Source: a virus (lineage: Duplodnaviria > Heunggongvirae > Uroviricota > Caudoviricetes). From it: DNA of 32,192 nucleotides. Of the stretch, positions 16,161-23,627 are shown in pieces; the first letter of the stretch is position 1, and each line of letters starts with the position of its first letter. Position numbers and translations under genes: made by a program. Location of the stretch: the IMG/VR virus record IMGVR_UViG_3300025944_000008; one strand, given 5' to 3'. The notes below the pieces were generated by a model that had not been told where the DNA came from, ran no database searches, and was given only the letters and a program-made list of their open reading frames with translations.

Positions 16161-16762
16161 TGCTGATCGCAGGTGTGGATGAAGTGGGTCGTGGTGCTCT
16201 TGCCGGTCCTCTGGTGGCCGCGTGCGCTCTCTTCAAGTTCGACGGTCAGGTGACGATGTCCAACCCTCCCATCGAGGGCCTGGCCGACTCGAAGTCATTC
16301 GCGACCGAGAGGAAACGAGAGGAGGTGTGGAAGCGCATCCTCACGTCGCCGTTCCTCCTCGATTTCGGGTTGGGCGAGTGCTCGGTGGAAGAGATCAACG
16401 AGAAGGGCATCAACTGGTGCAACGACGTTGTCTTCCAGAGGGCCATCGCCTGCCTCAAGCAGCCTCCCGACCTGATCTATGTGGACGGCGAGTACTCTAT
16501 CAGGGGCTGGCCAATCGACCGTCAGAGAGTGGAGCCCAAGGCAGATTCGAAGTACTGGCCCGTCTCAGCAGCCAGCATCCTCGCCAAGGTCATTCGCGAT
16601 CGGCTCATGAACGAGCTCGACAAGGAGTTCCCGAACTACGTGTGGGGGACGAACAAGGGCTACGGCTCGACGCTACACCAGGCCAGACTCAAGATGAATG
16701 GGGCGACTCCGCACCACCGCACTCAGTTCATCTCGAAGATCATCTCCCAAAAAGCTGGCTGA
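16160..16762 (+). CDS. rnhB: Ribonuclease HII
   Basis: AGVDEVGRGALAGP, DSK, YVDG, KADSKYWPVSAASILAKVIRD, NKGYG: the RNase HII signature motifs. ATG 16160 chosen (SD GAGGTG). Confidence 0.95.
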   Translation: MLIAGVDEVGRGALAGPLVAACALFKFDGQVTMSNPPIEGLADSKSFATERKREEVWKRILTSPFLLDFGLGECSVEEINEKGINWCNDVVFQRAIACLKQPPDLIYVDGEYSIRGWPIDRQRVEPKADSKYWPVSAASILAKVIRDRLMNELDKEFPNYVWGTNKGYGSTLHQARLKMNGATPHHRTQFISKIISQKAG

Positions 16763-17288
16763 CCCTCTGCCGGCTGCGGCCTGCCATCTTCGCCATCTCA
16801 TCGGCGTCGGAGATGTTGGGCGAGCCGAACCCCTCGGCCTCTTTTGTGTAGCCCATCGCCTTGCCCTTCGCATGGATGGCCTTCAGGGCGCCAGAATCGT
16901 GGTGCATCTTCGCGAAGCCCAGGGCGATCCCGTAGTGCTTCTTGTCGGGAATGGGGTACTTGCCCTTGTGACCCTCTTCTTCTTTCTTGGGCTGAGCGAA
17001 GTCGGTGCGCTCGCTCTGGGTGAGCTCGTGCGCCATCTTTGCGAGTGCTGACCCTCCCAAAGACAGACCAGTACCGATAGCGCCTCCGACGAGTGCTCGT
17101 TTCCCCGCACGGAGTGCATAGCTCTTCTCGTCGGTCTTTTTTCCAAATGGAGTACTCAGGGCACCGGTAAGAGCTCCAGCCCCTCCAATAAGAGGAGCGA
17201 TATCCCGAAACAGCCGCTTATTCGAATAAGCTGAGATCTTCTCAAACTCGTCGTAGAACCCATCCATGCGCGGCTCGAGGTAGCTCAT
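16740..17288 (-). CDS. Head-associated protein with Gly-zipper helices, 182 aa
   Basis: N-terminal GFYDEFEKIS motif, two Gly-rich hydrophobic segments, and a FAQP...KYPIPDKKH motif recalled from phage head proteins (unverified). Confidence 0.75.
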   Translation of the reverse strand: MSYLEPRMDGFYDEFEKISAYSNKRLFRDIAPLIGGAGALTGALSTPFGKKTDEKSYALRAGKRALVGGAIGTGLSLGGSALAKMAHELTQSERTDFAQPKKEEEGHKGKYPIPDKKHYGIALGFAKMHHDSGALKAIHAKGKAMGYTKEAEGFGSPNISDADEMAKMAGRSRQRVSQLFGR

Positions 17289-17842
17289 GGGGTCTCCAGA
17301 AGTCGGTCTAGGGTGTCGAAGACGCTGGCGGCGAGATCGTCAGCGAGCGGGTTGTCTGCATAGCCCGTCACGCGGACTGCCCAGGAGCTCATCGAGACTC
17401 CCACGTTGCCGCTGCCGCACTCTGGGCACTGCCCTGATGCGAAGTCCCCAGCCTCCCCCCAGTAGCGGCACAGGGGCTGAGTCGAAGCTGTCGTTGTGCC
17501 TACGTCGCCTTGGAAGCAGCGCCACACCTCATCGTGCTTCGCGGCTATCCGCTCCGGGTACTTGAAGCTGGCGAGCATCGCATCGCCCAGCTTGTCGCCG
17601 AAGGTCGGCAAGAGATCAGTCGTTCGGGGCCAGAAATGGTAGATGTAGCACCCATCTCTCTTGCCGACTTCGGCGACGTACTTTGGTCGCTCAACGCGGG
17701 TGTACTCGATCGCCTGCTCATATCCGCCGCCGACAAATTCGGCGAGTGGTTGAACTCCGGGCTTACCGAGCCCCTTCTTGAGGAGGGCGTCCATGGAAGC
17801 CATGGCGTCCTTTGCCTCGTCGAACGCCGCACGAGTCGTCAT
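17285..17842 (-). CDS. Hypothetical protein with a Zn-ribbon-like insert, 185 aa
   Basis: ATGA overlaps on both sides; C...C...CPECG. Confidence 0.75.
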   Translation of the reverse strand: MTTRAAFDEAKDAMASMDALLKKGLGKPGVQPLAEFVGGGYEQAIEYTRVERPKYVAEVGKRDGCYIYHFWPRTTDLLPTFGDKLGDAMLASFKYPERIAAKHDEVWRCFQGDVGTTTASTQPLCRYWGEAGDFASGQCPECGSGNVGVSMSSWAVRVTGYADNPLADDLAASVFDTLDRLLETP

Positions 17843-18726
17843 TTGTTCCCCTTCTTCTCAACCTTCTCTTCATCCGGTGCTTCGAGCAGCTTCGCCCCTG
17901 ACCCTGTGAAGTTACCATCTGGAGCCAGAGACCGCATATCCAGAACCTTCTTGCGAGCATGCTCCATGCGGAACTTCTCGAAGTTCTTGAGTGAATCCTT
18001 GACCAACGAGGTACCTTCTTGCATGCGCTCGTCGAGGAGGGCGGTAGCCTTGACGATGGTCGCCATCATCTTGGTCCGCGCCTCCGACTGCGGCTTGGCC
18101 TTCCACTCGAGGAAGTCGAAGTAGCTGGCCTCGAGCATCTCCTGCATGATGGCCTTCGCCTCGATCTCCTGTGAGAAGCCGGCTTGATGCATCGCCATCG
18201 CCGGGCCCACCTGCAGAATGGCCATCGTCTTGGAGCGCTGCGCATCTCTGTTCTGCAGGAGGATGGCCCACTCGTCGACTCGGAGAAGATCCACGTTCCA
18301 GTAGTAGTGACGATAGGCCTCGATCCCATCAGCAGTGAAGTGCTCCTCGAGGCGGGCATTCACTTTTTTAGCTATCGTGACGGAGTGGTGGTGGCCGAGG
18401 AGCAGCTCTTCGACCAGTGGCCTGGCGCGAAGGTGGACGGTGATCTTGCTCGCCTCATGGCTGGCTTCGTCGGGGTTGTGGAGGCCGTAGATCCCCTCCT
18501 GTCGCATGAAGCGAACACTGGGGCGGTGGAACCGATTGTGCGGTGTGAACTGAGCCGGGAGCTTCTGGTTGACTTCGTTCCTGAGCCACTGAAGGTAGTT
18601 CGGCTGCGTCTCAGGGAACCCAAGCATGGTCACCCACATGTTGACCATGGCGTCATCCTGCATTCGCGGGTCAGTCGTCGTGATGAGGAACTTGATGAAG
18701 TTCTCTGAAGGATGACGGATCGGCAT
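17839..18726 (-). CDS. Hypothetical protein, 295 aa
   Basis: Globular ORF coupled to its neighbours; no family recognised. Confidence 0.8.
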   Translation of the reverse strand: MPIRHPSENFIKFLITTTDPRMQDDAMVNMWVTMLGFPETQPNYLQWLRNEVNQKLPAQFTPHNRFHRPSVRFMRQEGIYGLHNPDEASHEASKITVHLRARPLVEELLLGHHHSVTIAKKVNARLEEHFTADGIEAYRHYYWNVDLLRVDEWAILLQNRDAQRSKTMAILQVGPAMAMHQAGFSQEIEAKAIMQEMLEASYFDFLEWKAKPQSEARTKMMATIVKATALLDERMQEGTSLVKDSLKNFEKFRMEHARKKVLDMRSLAPDGNFTGSGAKLLEAPDEEKVEKKGNK

Positions 18727-18731
18727 GGAGC

Positions 18732-20189
18732 CTATTGTGCTGCAGGCTGCTGCTGTTGTTCAAGTAGGGCCCGGAATTGTTGGATCAAGTTTTCCTTTTC
18801 CTGGGCCCTGGCGGCAAGGTACTCGTCGACCGATCCACCTGGCTTCTTGAGGCGCAGCTTCTCGAGAACGCCGGTTGGACGGCGAGTCGCCAAGAACCGC
18901 TGGACCTTCACATTCCGCTCTTCTGGGGGAAGCATCGCGTGGCTCTTGTAACGGATGCCACGACCCTCAACCTGCTTCAACTTCTCATCATTCCAGTGAG
19001 GCTCTAGCATCTGGATGAGTCGAGTGCCCTGCAGATCGAGACCTTCTCCACCGGCCGAAGAGAGCAAGAGGGCGCGAATTTTGTTCTCGTTGTACTGCCT
19101 GACGAGCTCGTCCCTCTTCGACTTCGGCATCTCACCGGTGAACTCGCCGTAGGGGATGCCAGCTTCTTGAAGCCTCTGGGCGTAGGGATTGATGCCTGCG
19201 CCGAGGTAGTTGGAGTAGACGACAGCCTTTGCCCTCTCGTTCGCGGCAAGCTCTTGCTGCAACCGAGAGAAGGCTTCGTCCAGCTTGGGCTCATAGACCT
19301 TCTTCACGTCCTCCTGAAAGGGAGCAGTGGAGTTGGCGATTTGCCGACTGGCCCCCAAGAAGGCGTTGAGCTGCTGGGATTCCCGCTTGCTGGGAGGCAG
19401 ACGAGAGCGGATCTTGGCCGACACCCAAGGTGGCGCCTTCTTCAGGATGGTGTCGTAGACCTCGAGCTGCTTCGGGTCCATCGGCACCTTGACGTCCTCA
19501 CGATTGACCTCGGGGAAGTCTTCCTTCGCAGACGGGTGATAGTCGACCCACTTGTCGAAGATGCCTTGAAGCTCTTCCTGGCGCTTGGGGTTCAGCTCTT
19601 CAACGACACCCGGCTTGAGGCCGCGGAGTCGATTGATGATGCCAGGGCTAATCTTCTTCTGACGAATGAACCTCTGATTGAACCGCTCCGGGTCCGTCGG
19701 AAGCAACGGCGCTCCAGAGGCGAGGTCTACGAGTGGCGCAATGTCAGACGGGCGGTTGTAGAATGGACTGCCGGTCAGAAGCAGGCGCTTCTCGGCCTCG
19801 TTCTTCGCCAGCGTCTTGTAGGTCTGCGTCTGAGGCTCACGAGCACGGTGAGCCTCGTCGACGATCATCAGGGGCTGCGTCGGAGCCTGACGCTTCCTCG
19901 TGATGTTCTGCATCGACTGGACATGAGCCTTCTGCTTGGCTCCGCCCAACCACTTCTTCTGCTCCTTGCGGTAATTCGCCTGGAGTGCTGCCGGAACGAT
20001 GACGTCCGACGGCATCTTGAGAGCCTTCTGAGCCTCGATCGCAGTTCTCGTCTTTCCAGAACCGAGACCGTGCGCCACCACCAAGCCCGGCTGGTCAGGC
20101 TGCTGGATACGATCGACAACACGCTGCTGATGGGGCTGTAGCCCTGCCACGCCCGCGATCTTCCCGAGGTTGGTAGCGAGACGACTCAT
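18732..20189 (-). CDS. SNF2-like superfamily 2 helicase/ATPase, 485 aa
   Basis: Q motif LQPHQ, Walker A HGLGSGKT, DEAH box, LLTGSP, SSAGGEGLDL, EPHWN, motif VI QVEGRGIRYKSH. Confidence 0.92.
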   Translation of the reverse strand: MSRLATNLGKIAGVAGLQPHQQRVVDRIQQPDQPGLVVAHGLGSGKTRTAIEAQKALKMPSDVIVPAALQANYRKEQKKWLGGAKQKAHVQSMQNITRKRQAPTQPLMIVDEAHRAREPQTQTYKTLAKNEAEKRLLLTGSPFYNRPSDIAPLVDLASGAPLLPTDPERFNQRFIRQKKISPGIINRLRGLKPGVVEELNPKRQEELQGIFDKWVDYHPSAKEDFPEVNREDVKVPMDPKQLEVYDTILKKAPPWVSAKIRSRLPPSKRESQQLNAFLGASRQIANSTAPFQEDVKKVYEPKLDEAFSRLQQELAANERAKAVVYSNYLGAGINPYAQRLQEAGIPYGEFTGEMPKSKRDELVRQYNENKIRALLLSSAGGEGLDLQGTRLIQMLEPHWNDEKLKQVEGRGIRYKSHAMLPPEERNVKVQRFLATRRPTGVLEKLRLKKPGGSVDEYLAARAQEKENLIQQFRALLEQQQQPAAQ

Positions 20190-20662
20190 CGATTGAGGAT
20201 GTGGAGCATCTCGTCCACAAAGGCCACCATGGCCGTCTTCGGGAACTTGGGATGCTTCTTGAACGCGTTGTAGGCGTCGATGAACTCTCGATACTTCTTG
20301 GCATCACCGCCGCGATCTGGATGGTGCTTGAGCGAGAACTCGCGGACGAGCTTCTTCACGTCCTTCTGCGACTTTACGCCTTTGAAGGCCGACGGGACTG
20401 CTTTGGGGAGTGCTGAGGCCGGCACTGTATGAACGGGAGTTGTGTACCCGACGAGACCGCCAGCGATTCCGCCAGCGAGCCCCATCTTCCACGCGTTTTT
20501 CTTTCTCTGCTCGGCATCATAGTGGTGCGTTACATCTCGCCACTGGTCATGCCAGGACTTCATCGTCAATCCACGGACGGCTCCGCCAGCACCGCCAGCA
20601 ACTGCCCCAACGCCGGTGAGGAAGGCACGTGGGTTAGTCTTGATGAAGTCACCGAGTCCCAT
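20186..20662 (-). CDS. Membrane-anchored-type J-domain (DnaJ-like) protein, 158 aa
   Basis: KKLVREFSLKHHPDRGGDAKKYREFIDAY (HPD at nt 20315-20323), preceded by two Gly-rich hydrophobic helices; ATG 20662 with SD AAGGAG. Confidence 0.85.
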   Translation of the reverse strand: MGLGDFIKTNPRAFLTGVGAVAGGAGGAVRGLTMKSWHDQWRDVTHHYDAEQRKKNAWKMGLAGGIAGGLVGYTTPVHTVPASALPKAVPSAFKGVKSQKDVKKLVREFSLKHHPDRGGDAKKYREFIDAYNAFKKHPKFPKTAMVAFVDEMLHILNR

Positions 20663-21482
20663 CGCCACTCCTTGGGGTGACCACCACTCCCCACTTCACC
20701 ATCAGGTTGTGTGGCGGGGCCATGGTCTTGTCCCACCACCGCTGCTCACACTCAGCGCGTGTAATAACACGCTGGTTGCCATCGGTGTTGGGGTCCATCA
20801 GATGGACCACATTGTCGTCGATCTGAGTGATGACGACGTAGTGCCCCTTGCCAGGGTTGTTGAAGCTTTGGAAGTCGGCAATGATCGGGATGCCCTGATC
20901 GGTGATTGCCTTCGCCTCATCGAGGGACGAGAAGCACTTGTCGTACGCGTCGAAGCCGAGCTTCTGAGCTCCACGGGTGATCTCGTCCACCTCCGCACCG
21001 CCGCGATCGCGCACGCCGATGGCGTACATGATCTCGTGCTCGGCAAAGCGATCGGCTCCCCAGTGCTCGAGCACGGCCTTCAGACACGCCGCTGAGCATG
21101 AGTATTGTGTCTTCTGTTGGTAGGGCTCGACCTGTGCGAGCTTCAAGAACTCGCTGGTTTGATCGATGAGGGGGATGATCGTCTTCGCCGGCTTAGAGCT
21201 AAGAAGGCGCTTGGCTCCCTCGATGACCGGCCCCGGTGGCTTCTTTGGGGTCGGCAGCTTGTTGGCGAGGAAGTTGGTGATCGTTCCGACGATCGGTGGA
21301 GCGGGCTGACCAAGCATCGGGCTGAAGGACTGGTGTCCTTGGGATGCCTGGGCCGCGGCGTTGCCGAGCTGTGCGTACTGCCCCTTCAACCACGACTTTG
21401 CGACACCAAGCGGACTCGCGAGCTTCAGTCGCTGGATCTGCTGGAACTCGTCGGAGAAGGCGGTGAAGAGAGGTGTCGTCAC
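20649..21482 (-). CDS. Peptidase C39-like cysteine protease with an N-terminal extension, 277 aa
   Basis: YQQKTQYSCSAACLKAVL (Cys), GHYVVI (His), HLMDPN (Asp). Confidence 0.88.
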   Translation of the reverse strand: MTTPLFTAFSDEFQQIQRLKLASPLGVAKSWLKGQYAQLGNAAAQASQGHQSFSPMLGQPAPPIVGTITNFLANKLPTPKKPPGPVIEGAKRLLSSKPAKTIIPLIDQTSEFLKLAQVEPYQQKTQYSCSAACLKAVLEHWGADRFAEHEIMYAIGVRDRGGAEVDEITRGAQKLGFDAYDKCFSSLDEAKAITDQGIPIIADFQSFNNPGKGHYVVITQIDDNVVHLMDPNTDGNQRVITRAECEQRWWDKTMAPPHNLMVKWGVVVTPRSGDGTR

Positions 21483-21592
21483 GGCTCCTTGGTCTTCTTC
21501 TTCGATGAAGCGTCGATGCGCTCGACGACCTTTCGGATCTCTGCTTGGATGTCGTCCATTTCCTTCGTACGATCGGCATCCGGCTTACTCAT
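21479..21592 (-). CDS. Small charged helical protein, 37 aa (MSKPDADRTKEMDDIQAEIRKVVERIDASSKKKTKEP)
   Basis: SD GGAGG; its TGA overlaps the GTG of the C39 gene; fills the operon gap. Not in the track. Confidence 0.65.
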   Translation of the reverse strand: MSKPDADRTKEMDDIQAEIRKVVERIDASSKKKTKEP

Positions 21593-21607
21593 GAGAGACC
21601 TCCTGGG

Positions 21608-23626
21608 TTAGACGAGCTCCTTCTGCTGGAGCGAGCGAAGGCCGCCGATCACCTCTTCCATGTTCTTCATGGCACGCTCGGCGGCACCAGTCGGGACCTG
21701 GTTGAGGCCGAGACGTGAGGCGATCAGCATCTCGGCGAGCTTGGTCGATGTCGTGTCGAGGTCGGGGAGGTAGCTGGCGAAGATGGAGATGTTCTCCGGG
21801 TTGATGAAGTTCATGGCGAGAATCTTGTCGGCCGTCTCGGTGTCCTCGAGCGCAGCCGCCTCCTTCACCAAGTCCCGGCGCCAGAAGCTGTAATCGAATT
21901 GCTCGAGCAGCGCCGCAGCCTTCTTCTCTGCATTCGCGTGGATGTCGCCGAGCGGCACGATGGGGTTCAGGCCTGCAAGCTTCACCAGCTTATTGGGGCG
22001 ACGCTCCGCTTCCTTGATAACCTCCTGCGCTTCGTCCTGGGTAAGGCCCATGGCGCAGAGCAGGAACGTTGCCTCCGCCGTCTTCAAGAACCAGCGGTTG
22101 TCTCGGGCAACCTTCATGACCGGCATGCCCTCGAGAGACGTCTCTCCTGGGCCCGTCGACTTGACGGCCACTTCGTTCGGCAAGCTCTTGGCATCGGCCG
22201 CCGAGTCCGGGGTGTCACCCTTGGCCAGGTGAACCGGCTCTCCGCTCAGGGGCACCCACTGCATGTCGTCCGGGATGGCGAACATATCGCCCTCTCCCAT
22301 CGGCTCGAATGCAGAGATACCAGGAGTGGGGACGAGGGTCATCTGCGCCCCGAAGACGTCGCTGACCATGTACTGCAGCATCCCGTCCGGGCCCTGCGAG
22401 GTCGATTCGATGGTGAGAGGAAGAGTCGAGAATGGCTTGGCACCACCCTGTGGGTGGTAGACGAAAATGCCGTCGCCCTGCGGCTGCTGTCCTTGAGCCG
22501 CCTCGAGAGCCATGCCGCCAGGTCCCTCCTGACGCACACCGATGATCTCGTCCTGAGCACCATAGGCGCCGTGGCCATCAGTGAAGACGAAGAACTCAAG
22601 TGGCTGCATCTGGAAGTCGACCACAGGCAGCACGGTGCCCATCAGAGTCTCGCCACTGTCCGCGTTCTTCACAGCGTAATCACCGAACTCAGTGATGAGC
22701 GCCCCATCCGGCTCGTCCAGGCCCTGCTTCTGAGCACGCTGGGTGGTGACCGTCATGGTCTGACCTGGCTGCATTTTCGACATGTCCTGCCCAGCCATGG
22801 CGGCAGCCTGGTCCGGCGAGGCCTGCATCTCCTGCGGAGCGAAGGCGCCGGCGTTGGCCCACTTCACCTTGAAGTTGCCCGAGGCGAGCTTGGTGATCTG
22901 CACGACCGTCGGCTTGATGCTGTGGATCAGCGCCGAAGCCGTCTTCTCGACGCTCATGTGCTGAACCATCGCCATCCGGTTCGAGATCTTCCGAACCGAC
23001 GCGTTCTTCAGGAAGAGAAGACGGGTCTCCTCGTCGGAGGCGATCTTCTCGAGGAAGGCTTCGTACTGTTGATCAGAGATGGTCGAGGCAATCACCTCGC
23101 ACAGGGGCTTCTTCGCTGACGCCTGCTTGCCGAAGCCGCCAACACCAACGCCAGTCGCCACGGCATTGCCGTAGCCGTAATTGGTACGCATCGGCGGATA
23201 GAGCTGGTCGACCATGCCCTGATCGGTGGGCTTGCGGGTTGACGTCTCGACGGCGGCCGTGCGGAAGAGCTTCTCCCGCAGGCGGCGTTCGTTGAGAGGA
23301 AGAGCCTCGTTGCCATCGAGCATCACGTCCAGTGGCTGCATGAGCCGGTCCTTGACGATGATGGGGATCTTGACCGAGTTCTCCGGCTGATCAGGCAGAG
23401 GAGAATCCGTCTGATTGGTGACTTCGGCAGCTCCGAAGGCGTAGCCCCGCTGGGCATCCACGCGATCGAGCATCACGTTGACCGAGTAGTCCGCCAGGTA
23501 GGGGAGCTGCTTGTAGATCTCCGATGCGATCTCCCGCTGCCAGTTCTCGGTGTTGTCACCGAGCTTCACCGGCATGGCCACCTTCTCGAAGGTCGGCTTG
23601 AAGTCCTGATCGAGGAAGAGATTCAT
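21608..23626 (-). CDS. Large head-associated structural protein, 672 aa
   Basis: Long ORF coupled to the spike gene; about ten K-x-A motifs (EKVA, KQAS, EKIAS, EKTAS, KLAS...). No enzyme motif recognised. Confidence 0.8.
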   Translation of the reverse strand: MNLFLDQDFKPTFEKVAMPVKLGDNTENWQREIASEIYKQLPYLADYSVNVMLDRVDAQRGYAFGAAEVTNQTDSPLPDQPENSVKIPIIVKDRLMQPLDVMLDGNEALPLNERRLREKLFRTAAVETSTRKPTDQGMVDQLYPPMRTNYGYGNAVATGVGVGGFGKQASAKKPLCEVIASTISDQQYEAFLEKIASDEETRLLFLKNASVRKISNRMAMVQHMSVEKTASALIHSIKPTVVQITKLASGNFKVKWANAGAFAPQEMQASPDQAAAMAGQDMSKMQPGQTMTVTTQRAQKQGLDEPDGALITEFGDYAVKNADSGETLMGTVLPVVDFQMQPLEFFVFTDGHGAYGAQDEIIGVRQEGPGGMALEAAQGQQPQGDGIFVYHPQGGAKPFSTLPLTIESTSQGPDGMLQYMVSDVFGAQMTLVPTPGISAFEPMGEGDMFAIPDDMQWVPLSGEPVHLAKGDTPDSAADAKSLPNEVAVKSTGPGETSLEGMPVMKVARDNRWFLKTAEATFLLCAMGLTQDEAQEVIKEAERRPNKLVKLAGLNPIVPLGDIHANAEKKAAALLEQFDYSFWRRDLVKEAAALEDTETADKILAMNFINPENISIFASYLPDLDTTSTKLAEMLIASRLGLNQVPTGAAERAMKNMEEVIGGLRSLQQKELV

Positions 23627-23627
23627 G

